A stretch of 64,000 bases of DNA, taken from NCBI GenBank assembly GCA_964514545.1, contig CAZETR010000011.1:102413-166412 (forward strand), given 5' to 3'. Position 1 is the first letter of the stretch. Every line of letters starts with the position of its first letter. This stretch comes from an uncultured Gammaproteobacteria bacterium (lineage in GTDB: Bacteria > Patescibacteriota > Microgenomatia > CAZETR01). The position numbers and the translations under genes were made by a program. The notes beneath the pieces are model-generated. The model was not told the DNA's origin. It saw only the letters and a list, made by a program, of their open reading frames with translations, and ran no database searches. Below are positions 19,127 through 27,459 of this stretch, piece by piece.

Positions 19127-20253
19127 TTCCATTTAATGAGTTTGAAAGAAAATATAGTCGATATAGAAAAGAAATCCTAAAAGTCGTCGATGAAACATTT
19201 AAAAAAGGCTGGTTTATCTTGGGACCCGAACTGCAAAAATTTGAGGAAGATTTCGCAAAATATCTTGGGGTAAAGTTTGTAGTCGGGGTAAATTCAGGAA
19301 CTGACGCCTTGTATTTGGCGCTGAGGGCACTAGGAATAAGAAACGGGGACGGCGTAATAACGGTTGCTAATACAGCTACTCCTACGGTCTCTGCAATTCG
19401 AATGGCTGGTGCAGTCCCGATCTTTGCGGATATAGACCCTGAAACTTTAACTATTGATCCCCGGCATGTCGAGAGAAGAATTAATCCCAAGGTAAAAGCA
19501 ATTCTTCCTGTTCACTTGTTCGGCTACCCGGCAAACATGCCCGCACTCATAAAACTGGCCAAAAAACATAAAGTAAAATTGATCGAAGATGTCTGCCAAG
19601 CTCATGGGGCACAAATATCTAATAAGTTTCTGGGTACGTGGGGAGATATTGGCTGTTTCAGTTTTTATCCGACAAAAAACTTGGGCGCATTCGGAGACGC
19701 CGGGGCTATCGCCACAAACAACAGGAAAACTGCCGATGCAGTCAAGTCTCTTAGAAACTATGGAGAAATTCGAAAATACTATAATACCAGAGAGGGGGTC
19801 AATAGCCGGCTTGATGAACTTCAAGCAGCTTTTCTAAATTGGGGGCTTACCTATCTTGATCAATGGAATAAAGAAAGAGAGAGCATTGCCCGAATTTATC
19901 TCGCGAATCTAAAAGATATCCCCCTTGAATTGCCAAGCGAATCCGACAGTAAAGTTCGTCGAGTTTGGCATCTCTTTGTTATAAGGTCTCAAAGAAGAGA
20001 TGGCTTGAAAAAATATCTCGAGTCAAAAGGAATTCAAACTTCAATTCACTATCCTCTTGCTATCTACCAGCAACCGGCCTACAGTTTCTTGGAATACGGA
20101 AATAGAGATTTGCCTATTACGTCCATGGTAAATAAACAAATCCTCTCTCTGCCATTGTATCCAGAATTAACAAAAGAAGAGGTGGAAAGAGTTTGTAAGG
20201 AGATCAGGTCTTTTTATTCAACTACAAAGATATTTGAGGAGAGAAACCTATAA
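19123..20253 (+). CDS. fdtB: DegT/DnrJ/EryC1/StrS-family PLP-dependent sugar aminotransferase (FdtB/QdtB-like)
   Basis: GPELQKFEEDFAKYLG...GTDAL...SFYPTKNLGAFGDAG; the Lys of the YPTKNL motif is the PLP-binding residue. Overlaps fdtA by 4 nt. Confidence 0.85.
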   Translation: MIPFNEFERKYSRYRKEILKVVDETFKKGWFILGPELQKFEEDFAKYLGVKFVVGVNSGTDALYLALRALGIRNGDGVITVANTATPTVSAIRMAGAVPIFADIDPETLTIDPRHVERRINPKVKAILPVHLFGYPANMPALIKLAKKHKVKLIEDVCQAHGAQISNKFLGTWGDIGCFSFYPTKNLGAFGDAGAIATNNRKTADAVKSLRNYGEIRKYYNTREGVNSRLDELQAAFLNWGLTYLDQWNKERESIARIYLANLKDIPLELPSESDSKVRRVWHLFVIRSQRRDGLKKYLESKGIQTSIHYPLAIYQQPAYSFLEYGNRDLPITSMVNKQILSLPLYPELTKEEVERVCKEIRSFYSTTKIFEERNL

Positions 20254-20374
20254 GCCGGAAGGCTCCAGAAGTGATAGTATTGGTTGCGATACACAAATTC
20301 AAGAATGAAAATGGCGCTGCTTGGTGTTGACTTTGGTTTTGATGCGAATAAAACAGCTGCCGAAAAAATTTGTG

Positions 20375-21343
20375 CTACCTCAAGAGATCTTGCCAAGAAT
20401 CGTTAACAATTGTTCTGGTTTTGGATTGAGCTGCTGTTTTTTCTAACTGCTCTTTTAATAAATCCTTGTTAGCATTTTTAAGATTTGTTGCAAGTTGTTG
20501 AACTATTTCTTCGAGTCGTTGTTCGTATGGTTTGACTCCGGGAACTAAGCTTTGCAATTTTGAATTATCCAAGACTGTATCAACCCTTGTTTCCGGAGTG
20601 AGTTTGTTTAGCTCGTCCTTAGAAATTTTAATCAGTTTCATTTTGGGTAGTATGTTTTTTTTGAGAAGGAGTCCAATTTTATATGGGGTGGTCCAACCAG
20701 TATTTGCCACATGAATAATTCCGGTAATACGACCTTGAATTAATTTATCAGTCCATTCCATTAAGTCTTCGATTACAGTACCGCTATTTGGAGTGTCAAT
20801 AAAACGGGTAAAGGTCAACATTTTCATCAACATATTTTTGTAATTTACCTGAGCAGAAACTGGTTGACGAGGCCTCAAAATTAAATATTTAAATTGAAGA
20901 GATTTCTTGAAAAGAATCATGTTTTCGGCCCAGACTTTTGTCCAGGAATAATAAGAAACCGGACAAGGAAGATCTTCTTCCTTTTTGGCGTCGTTTTCGT
21001 TCTTGCTCTCTAAAATACAACCGCTTGACAAGTGGACAAAGAAGATCTTGTGTTTATCGCAAACTTGAGCAATATTATCTGCGCCCAAGGTATTGACGTT
21101 AAATGCTTCTAATTTGTTATTAGCACACCATTCAAGATTTGTTTTGGCGGCAGTATTGATGACTACGGTTGGGACAAAATCTGCAATACTCTTTTCTACT
21201 TCGGTTATGTCACGGATGTCGACTGAGACAATTTTGGCTGTGATGCTTTTTTCTGAAAAAAAACGAAGGTAGAAATTTCCAAGCTGGCCGTTACCGAAAA
21301 TTAAGATTTTATCTCGCATATTTCTTTTGTTCACTAGGGTCAA
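20375..21343 (-). CDS. RmlD-like NAD(P)H-dependent dTDP-4-keto-6-deoxyhexose reductase (SDR) with a C-terminal extension
   Basis: ILIFGNGQLG Rossmann motif, VVINTAAKTNLEWCANN, YSWTK (YxxxK). It aligns with RmlD/Fcd-type reductases, and the final ~70 aa are extra. Confidence 0.7.
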   Translation of the reverse strand: MTLVNKRNMRDKILIFGNGQLGNFYLRFFSEKSITAKIVSVDIRDITEVEKSIADFVPTVVINTAAKTNLEWCANNKLEAFNVNTLGADNIAQVCDKHKIFFVHLSSGCILESKNENDAKKEEDLPCPVSYYSWTKVWAENMILFKKSLQFKYLILRPRQPVSAQVNYKNMLMKMLTFTRFIDTPNSGTVIEDLMEWTDKLIQGRITGIIHVANTGWTTPYKIGLLLKKNILPKMKLIKISKDELNKLTPETRVDTVLDNSKLQSLVPGVKPYEQRLEEIVQQLATNLKNANKDLLKEQLEKTAAQSKTRTIVNDSWQDLLR

Positions 21344-22331
21344 CTATTGGGCGATTTTCCTTGAGTGGTCTCCACCACCATTCGTTATTCTGATACCACT
21401 CAACGGTTTTAGCAAGCCAGTTTTCAAATTTGTATTCAGGTTTCCAACCCAACGCTTTATTTATTTTTGCTGAATCTACGGCATATCTCGCATCGTGCCC
21501 CAAACGATGCTCAATGTGTTCAATCCACGAATCCTTTTTCCCGAGAAGATTTAGAATCGCCTTTGTTACTTGAAGGTTTGATCGCTCTGAATTTCCTCCA
21601 ACGCAAAAGGTTTGTCCAATTATTTCTTTGTCTTCTTCCAGAGCCGTATGGACTATCACATCAATTGCGCGGCAATGATCTGATACGTGAAGCCAATCGC
21701 GCACATTTTCTCCTTTTCCCATCAGTGGAACTTTTTTGTCTTGTAAGAGATTAGTAATAAATCTGGGAATTAATTTTTCGGGATCTTGGTAAGGTCCATA
21801 ATTATTTGAGGCATTTGTAATGGTTACAGGCAAACCGTAGGTATGGTACCAAGCTCTAACAAAATGATCTGATGCGGCCTTGCAGGCAGAATATGGACTA
21901 TGTGGATCATATAGAGAATTTTCACTAAATTTAAGTTTGGGCTGATCTAATGGCAAGGTTCCAAAAACCTCATCTGAGGATACATGATGAAATAGCTTAA
22001 CTTTGTGTTCTAAGGATTCCTGAAGTAAGACTTGGGTACCAATCACATTGGTTTTGAAGAAAACTGAAGATCCTGTAATACTTCTGTCCACGTGGGTTTC
22101 GGCGGCAAAGTGTACTACCACGTCTACCCCCCGCAAAGCTTGGTTGACTACAGAATAATCACAAATATCTCCTTGGATAAATTCAATGCTTAGTCCTTGA
22201 AGATTTTCTTTGTGCCCAGCATAAGTTAATTTATCCAAAACTCTAATCTCGTCCTTAGGATATTTTTCACTCCAATAATGAACAAAATTTGAACCAATAA
22301 ACCCAGCTCCACCAGTGACTAATAATTTCAT
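21309..22331 (-). CDS. rfbB: dTDP-glucose 4,6-dehydratase
   Basis: MKLLVTGGAGFIGSNFV...HFAAETHVDRS...YSACKAASDH is canonical RmlB. The track ORF extends upstream to 22427; MKLL is the homology-supported start. Confidence 0.9.
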   Translation of the reverse strand: MKLLVTGGAGFIGSNFVHYWSEKYPKDEIRVLDKLTYAGHKENLQGLSIEFIQGDICDYSVVNQALRGVDVVVHFAAETHVDRSITGSSVFFKTNVIGTQVLLQESLEHKVKLFHHVSSDEVFGTLPLDQPKLKFSENSLYDPHSPYSACKAASDHFVRAWYHTYGLPVTITNASNNYGPYQDPEKLIPRFITNLLQDKKVPLMGKGENVRDWLHVSDHCRAIDVIVHTALEEDKEIIGQTFCVGGNSERSNLQVTKAILNLLGKKDSWIEHIEHRLGHDARYAVDSAKINKALGWKPEYKFENWLAKTVEWYQNNEWWWRPLKENRPIVDPSEQKKYAR

Positions 22332-23058
22332 ACTTTGGCTCCTTTCTTTTTGGCCCAATAGACATTGGCTTGAAAAAGAGTGTCGAAGGTGCCTGCATCT
22401 TGCCAATAGCCTTTCAACTCTTGCCATTGCATAGTACCTTCCTGAATATAAAAATTCTGGACATCTGTAATTTCTAATTGACCGCGGGCCGACGGTTTAA
22501 GCTTTTTTGCTATTTCAAAACAACGGTTATCGAAAATATAAAGGCCTGCAGATGCATAGTTGGATGGTGGTTTTTTTGGCTTTTCAACTATTCCTATTAT
22601 TTTCTTTTTGTCTTTTTTGTCAAAAATCGGTACTCCAAATAGCTCTGGGTCCGGAACTTTCTTTAAAAACATTATTGCACCACGTTTGAAAGAGTGAACT
22701 GCTGAACTGATGTTTTCATCCGTAGTGTTATCTCCCAAAAGGAAGGCTATTGATTCACCTGCTGAAAAATTTTCAGCCACTTTTAGTCCATCTGCAAGTC
22801 CTCCAACTGGATTTTCTTGATACCCATACTCTAGGTGTTTAACCCCAAGCTCTTCCCCGTTTTTCAATACTTGAATAAATTGCCCGGAGTGTGGGCCACT
22901 GGCTATCACCATAATATCTGTAATCCCGCTCTGACTAAAGTTTGAATGGGATAAAAGATCATGGGCTGATCGTAAATGGGGAGAAGATGCTTGTTGGTAG
23001 TATAGGTAAGGGGAAAGAGTCGAGTCCCTAATCCCCCGGCTAAAATAACACCTTTCAT
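22328..23058 (-). pseudogene. rfbA: glucose-1-phosphate thymidylyltransferase RmlA, apparently split by a frameshift in a short C/G run
   Basis: The track ORF 22328..22912 begins ...[10 protein letters not shown] and lacks the nucleotide-binding N-terminus. Bases ~22909..23058 on the reverse strand translate [45 protein letters not shown] in another frame and end just before the ATG of the first ORF. The join ([14 protein letters not shown]) aligns without gap to RmlA. Confidence 0.6.
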
Positions 23059-23108
23059 GCGAAGATTATTGCCTTAATTGGGGCAAGAAATCAAGTAAGA
23101 AATTTGGT

Positions 23109-23606
23109 TTAAGTGTGTCTATCGGCAATTGACGAGGCGGCGTAGCTGGCTGGCTTGGTCTTGGCGGTGTAGCCGTTGCCGGTAACCATGCCCACGACTT
23201 CTTTGATTAGTTCGCGGGTCGGACCGACGTTACCCACATCGATATGGATTTCCAGCTCGTAATTGCCACCGTTTAGAACTCTACGAAGTGTGGGGACAAA
23301 CTCAGCTGCAAGTTCGAGGGAATAGGTAACCTCTTTGTAAATCCGGTCGCGAAGAAAGACTTTGGCAATGGCCTGCCTTTCCCGCTTCCAAAAATATCTA
23401 CCGCCATGTCCCAGTCTGTGGACTACAATCGCGCTAACATAGTCAACGTAGAGGCCCAGGGCGTTTCTTTTGACTTGGCTGTCGGTGCCGATAATAATCT
23501 TGTGGCTGGACGAAGCCGACGTGGCGACAAAAAGGGCGATTTCCTGGATTACAGTTTCCAGGTCCATTTCTCCCTTAGAAGGCGAAGTGAATACTTTTTC
23601 TCGCAT
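23109..23606 (-). CDS. DUF458/YkuK-like RNase H-fold protein
   Basis: 165 aa. DLETVIQEIALFV...IIIGTDSQ pattern resembles the YkuK (DUF458) family. Confidence 0.5.
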   Translation of the reverse strand: MREKVFTSPSKGEMDLETVIQEIALFVATSASSSHKIIIGTDSQVKRNALGLYVDYVSAIVVHRLGHGGRYFWKRERQAIAKVFLRDRIYKEVTYSLELAAEFVPTLRRVLNGGNYELEIHIDVGNVGPTRELIKEVVGMVTGNGYTAKTKPASYAASSIADRHT

Positions 23607-23617
23607 ATTGACTGATT

Positions 23618-24268
23618 TTACACCTGGCCGTGATTGCTGCCAAGCATAACGCTCGAGTTAAGGAAAAAATTACTGGTAATCCCTTTGCTATCAATGGCAC
23701 TTTTGAGAATATCCACTTTTTCGACCCAAAATGGGGAAAATTTCGGAGTTGACTCGAGGGCTACTTTAAAGAGAACTTCTTTTACCTGGTTGGGGTGGCG
23801 CATTCGCTTGAGCCGGGCTATCGCAACGTGGGGCTTGAACCGTTGAGGAGGGGAAAATTCTTTACTAATAAGCGTATCTCTGACTTCTTTTCCTAGTTTC
23901 TTAAGTTCATTTTCATTTTCGAGCTCCAGATAGACGATTGAGTCTGCGTGTTTTTTATAAAAATAGTTGAGGTGTGTAGGCCTGGTCTCAAATGGTTCAC
24001 TTTTGTTGAGTACGCTCTGTAGAGCCAAGTGAAGCTGGTGCAGGTCTGGGTCCTTAACTTTTCCTAAGAATGCGAGAGTGATATGAAGTTTTTCCGGAAG
24101 TTCCCAGGTGAGGGGGAAATTTAAACTTTGTAATTGCTCTTGGAGTCTACTAACTTCTACCTGCAACTCTGTCGGGAGAAATATGGCAAGAAAGCTCTGA
24201 AGAGTTTGTTGGCCCATGGGTAATTGATTGAGATGGTCTATTTTAGGCTTAAATTGATCCCCTATCAA
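23618..24268 (-). CDS. thpR: RNA 2',3'-cyclic phosphodiesterase (2H phosphoesterase, LigT/ThpR family)
   Basis: Two H-x-T/S motifs, HITLAFLG and HVAIARL, at the spacing typical of ThpR/LigT. Confidence 0.75.
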   Translation of the reverse strand: MIGDQFKPKIDHLNQLPMGQQTLQSFLAIFLPTELQVEVSRLQEQLQSLNFPLTWELPEKLHITLAFLGKVKDPDLHQLHLALQSVLNKSEPFETRPTHLNYFYKKHADSIVYLELENENELKKLGKEVRDTLISKEFSPPQRFKPHVAIARLKRMRHPNQVKEVLFKVALESTPKFSPFWVEKVDILKSAIDSKGITSNFFLNSSVMLGSNHGQV

Positions 24269-24331
24269 CCCCTTCGACTCCCTGGTCTAAAGACCGGAGT
24301 TCAGGGTTAATAATGAGCGACGTCGAACGTA

Positions 24332-24592
24332 TTAAGCATGGTAGAGAAGTGAAACCAGAATGACCAGGCCCAGAAGCGACATGGCCAGATATTCGATAAC
24401 TATTCTGAATTGGAGTTTTTCCTCGACTGCGTGGTGGGCTATCCCCCACAAGGCATAGCAAACACACATCGATACGGCTATCCACGTCTGGACATTTCTG
24501 TCAAAGGCAAAATAGACGATGCCCCAGAGCCCAACTGCCAGAATTCCAGCTAGCATAGTGTAGGCCCTTAGGTGGCGGTTAAGGTCTGACAT
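24332..24592 (-). CDS. small hypothetical membrane protein (about 2-3 TM helices)
   Basis: Track ORF 24332..24625. The internal MSDLNRHL start avoids overlap with the upstream gene. Hydrophobic; no family recognised. Confidence 0.35.
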   Translation of the reverse strand: MSDLNRHLRAYTMLAGILAVGLWGIVYFAFDRNVQTWIAVSMCVCYALWGIAHHAVEEKLQFRIVIEYLAMSLLGLVILVSLLYHA

Positions 24593-24594
24593 GT

Positions 24595-25503
24595 TTAGAG
24601 TATAACTCCGGCTTTGATTAACCAAACAATGATGGCAATGGTTAGGAGGAAGGCCATGTGTGCGGCCGAATCTGAAGACAGACGGTAAATCTTACGTCTC
24701 CAGATCACAAAGATATCAACAATTAAAAGCGCGAGTAGGAAGATGAGAATAAACGAAGCTAACCCCCGAGTGAGAACGAACGGGTTAACAACTAGTTTAG
24801 GTTCTCTAAGCGCAACTGATAAAGTCGAGCTTCTGTTCTTGCCCAGAGTCAGGAACGAGGCGGGGGGAGTTTTGGCTTCGGCAATATTTACGATTGATCG
24901 GGCATTCCCAACTTCCGGAACTCCAGTTAGACGAGTCCCGAACATCTGAACAACCAGTGTTGTCTCAACCCCTCCGAGTGTGCCATTGGCAACTGCAACT
25001 CCTATATCTTTGTATCTTGGGTTTAGCAGGTTTTCTCTGTGATATTGACTATTTACCCAAGCTTCTACGACGGCTTTTGAGTCGTTAAAGTCGCGGGCCA
25101 GATTTTCGCCAGCCAGCAAATAGTTGTACTTGGCTTGCGAGATAAAAAACCATGGCTCGGTGCCAGTGGGCGACACGTGAGCCCAGTAGTTTTTGGCAAA
25201 CATGTCCTGGGCTTTATTTTGGGCTGCTATGGTTAAGGAAGAGTCCGGGCTGACCTCTCCTATGCCTGCTTCTTTGCGTTTGCCGTTCGTTAGGTTGATC
25301 ACAGCTTCGGGTGAGATGTTGGACGCGTATCCCAGAACCAGAGGGCCGAGCTGCGGCCTGTTTATAGCGATCTGAATCAGGGCAAAAATACCAGCAAAGT
25401 AAACTATGGGGGAAGGATGGAGGAATCTAGCCCGATGGTTATTGGAAGGACGGGGGGCGAAATAGTGGTGGAGGCGGTGGGCAAGTGACATTTTGTCAAT
25501 CAA
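24595..25503 (-). CDS. CAP/SCP/PR-1-like domain protein flanked by N- and C-terminal TM helices
   Basis: NxxR...AQNKAQDMFAKNYWAHV...GENLA...AWVNSQYHRENLLNP...IGVA matches bacterial SCP (YkwD-like) domain motifs. Confidence 0.6.
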   Translation of the reverse strand: MIDKMSLAHRLHHYFAPRPSNNHRARFLHPSPIVYFAGIFALIQIAINRPQLGPLVLGYASNISPEAVINLTNGKRKEAGIGEVSPDSSLTIAAQNKAQDMFAKNYWAHVSPTGTEPWFFISQAKYNYLLAGENLARDFNDSKAVVEAWVNSQYHRENLLNPRYKDIGVAVANGTLGGVETTLVVQMFGTRLTGVPEVGNARSIVNIAEAKTPPASFLTLGKNRSSTLSVALREPKLVVNPFVLTRGLASFILIFLLALLIVDIFVIWRRKIYRLSSDSAAHMAFLLTIAIIVWLIKAGVIL

Positions 25504-25548
25504 TACTAACCTTCCGGGCTTTAAACAATCAAGAGATGTCTGGAATAT

Positions 25549-26160
25549 TTACTCCTTGGTCGCCAGGTCCGCGTTTACCTGTATCCGTGGGCCAGCCAAA
25601 AATGGGGCCCCTGCTAGGAGCACCAGTTTTTGATCTTCGGTCCCGGTCGGGATGTCGGGATAGCTTTCAACCGTGTTGATGGAGGAAACTTTATAGGTAA
25701 ATCTTGAGCTTTCAAATCCAATTGTGAGCTCGTCTCCGCTTTCAAGATTTTTTAAAAAATAGAAATAAGGGTTGGTTCCGGGCCAGTTTGCGTGGAATAG
25801 CTCGTGGGCTGAGAGAACTACGGTTCCCGGGGCTCCGGGGAGACTCGAGGCCAGAGAGTGAATTAGCTTGTTTTGTGCAACTTTTCGGCTTTTATCTTCG
25901 AAGTCAACATTTTTTTCTACACTTACCGCAATTCCCAACCTGGGGATCGCAAGCCAAAAATCTGTTTTAGGAAGCTGGATTTCTTTGGTTCGGGTTGTCT
26001 CCGGGAGGTTACTATCTTCAGGGTTTGTGCTTGGAAGTACATATATTACTCCCCCTTTCCTGGCAAGCGAGAGCTCGACTGAGGTTTTGAAATAGGGAAA
26101 GAAAATGGCGCTTGCGGCCAACAGGCAGGTAAACAGTAATAATGTAAAGATGGTCCTCAT
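25549..26160 (-). CDS. sortase-fold protein, membrane anchored, with the catalytic Cys apparently replaced
   Basis: LAIPRLGIAVSV...HSLASSLPGAPGTVVLSAHELF...FLKNLESGDELTI...FTYKV...GPRIQV follows the sortase pattern (LxIPxIG, H, FxxLxxLxxGD, YxYxV, R). The position of the TLxTC motif reads LVLLAGAP, with no Cys. Confidence 0.55.
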   Translation of the reverse strand: MRTIFTLLLFTCLLAASAIFFPYFKTSVELSLARKGGVIYVLPSTNPEDSNLPETTRTKEIQLPKTDFWLAIPRLGIAVSVEKNVDFEDKSRKVAQNKLIHSLASSLPGAPGTVVLSAHELFHANWPGTNPYFYFLKNLESGDELTIGFESSRFTYKVSSINTVESYPDIPTGTEDQKLVLLAGAPFLAGPRIQVNADLATKE

Positions 26161-26162
26161 AG

Positions 26163-26591
26163 CTAGAACTTAAATTTTTTGGCAATTTTGCGAATAACTG
26201 AAGGTGATCGGGGAAGGTAAAAATTAATTACGCTTATGGCAAAAGCTATTCCTGCTGAATCGATTATGACATCTCTTATCCTGCCTTCCCGGGTGGGAAT
26301 GAATGTCTGGTGAATTTCATCCGAAATTGCGTAGAGAACGGCAAGTACAACGCTGGCAAGATATAGATTACTTTTGCTGATTTTAGCTGTATTTCTTAGT
26401 GATCTGTAAATTAGTGTGGCTAGAACGAAGTATTCGATAAAGTGGGCGGTCTTTTTGAGGAGAAAGTCGTAAAGAATAAATCTTGAGGCCTGAACGCTCG
26501 GACGGCTGCTGAGCAGAAAAATTATTAACGCCCAGATTATTGCAGGCAACCAAAATTGCAATTTGCGGACCATTACTTGTCTATGATACAC
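26163..26591 (-). CDS. VanZ-like family membrane protein
   Basis: 142 aa with 4 TM helices. DEIHQTFIPTREGRIRDVIIDSAG is the VanZ signature. Confidence 0.6.
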   Translation of the reverse strand: MYHRQVMVRKLQFWLPAIIWALIIFLLSSRPSVQASRFILYDFLLKKTAHFIEYFVLATLIYRSLRNTAKISKSNLYLASVVLAVLYAISDEIHQTFIPTREGRIRDVIIDSAGIAFAISVINFYLPRSPSVIRKIAKKFKF

Positions 26592-27459
26592 GAGACGGGT
26601 GGCGGAGAAAATCCAGGACGAACCAACCTACGGAGATTAAAATTAAGATGACTCCGGGGGCAATGAACAAAATTGGCGAAGGCTCTGATGACTTTGGCGT
26701 AGTTTGAGCTCCAAGCACTTGCGGAACTGGGGAATCTGAAACGTTGGAAGTAACTTCGGTTGGGAATGTCTCAGCTATATATGAGTTTGGCTGGGAGGGT
26801 ATTGGCGATTTTGCGGTAGATGCGGTGAGTGTTAGGGTTAAACTACGGGTTACCGATGGCAAAGCTGTTGGTACTGGCGTTGTGGTTTGGACAGGTGGAG
26901 GAGTGTTTGTGGGGTTTGGAGATGGAGTCGGGGTCAAGCTAGGTGTTGGGGTTGACGTGGGAAGAGGAGAAGGGGTCGGAGTAGGGGTGGGAGTGCTGGT
27001 CGGAGCTGGACTAAGCGTAATTGAATAGGCTGTCGAGTCGGAATGATCTGAAGTGTTTGAGACTAGGGCAAGCCTAATAGTGAAATAGTTTTGGCTTATT
27101 TGGGCAGTAGATGTCTTTGGCCTGCCGGTAATTTGAAAGGCTGCATTACCTGAGGAATCTGTATTTATTAGCGGAAAGTTAGAATAGGCAGATGAGTCAG
27201 AATACCAGTTTGAGTTATTTTGTGTCTCGCCATCATTTAAGGAGCTTGTTGATGGGCCAATTCGAAATTTAGCATAATAGCTTACAGAAGGAGAAAACCC
27301 GGAAAGTGAGACAGAAATATTTAGTACTTCCCCTATTTGGGCTGAAATAGGGGGATTAGCAACCGTAACCGTAGACGCAGCTTGAGTGACTTGAGGGCGA
27401 AGTAAAAAGAATGTGAGCCAAATTGGAACAAAAACTAATCTTTTATATTTATCTAACAT
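26581..27459 (-). CDS. secreted Pro/Thr-rich cell-surface protein with a C-terminal hydrophobic anchor
   Basis: Signal-peptide-like MLDKYKRLVFVPIWLTFFLL...AAS, a Ser/Asn-rich beta-like domain, a (PT)n/TPTPSP linker of about 90 aa, then a hydrophobic stretch plus basic tail (ILFIAPGVILILISVGWFVLDFLRHPSRVS). No LPXTG. Confidence 0.6.
   Translation of the reverse strand: MLDKYKRLVFVPIWLTFFLLRPQVTQAASTVTVANPPISAQIGEVLNISVSLSGFSPSVSYYAKFRIGPSTSSLNDGETQNNSNWYSDSSAYSNFPLINTDSSGNAAFQITGRPKTSTAQISQNYFTIRLALVSNTSDHSDSTAYSITLSPAPTSTPTPTPTPSPLPTSTPTPSLTPTPSPNPTNTPPPVQTTTPVPTALPSVTRSLTLTLTASTAKSPIPSQPNSYIAETFPTEVTSNVSDSPVPQVLGAQTTPKSSEPSPILFIAPGVILILISVGWFVLDFLRHPSRVS

Noticed and set aside
20254-20374. 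Possible bidirectional terminator between the convergent fdtB and rmlD-like genes
   Set aside because: I found only a weak 4-bp GGAA-loop hairpin (AGCCGGAAGGCT) and no adjoining T-run.
22315-22335. When reading the raw bases I seemed to see an extra T (GACTTAATAA) that would frameshift rfbB at its start
   Set aside because: The supplied ORF track translates straight through (…SQSMKLLVTGG…), and my count then disagrees by 1 nt with the track coordinates on both sides. I treat it as my own transcription or counting error and not a real lesion. Exact base-level claims elsewhere carry +/-1-nt uncertainty.
26744-27028. Plus-strand ORF encoding a GVGVGV-rich peptide
   Set aside because: It is antisense to the Pro/Thr repeat of the surface-protein gene, so it is a mirror artefact of the repeat and not a gene.
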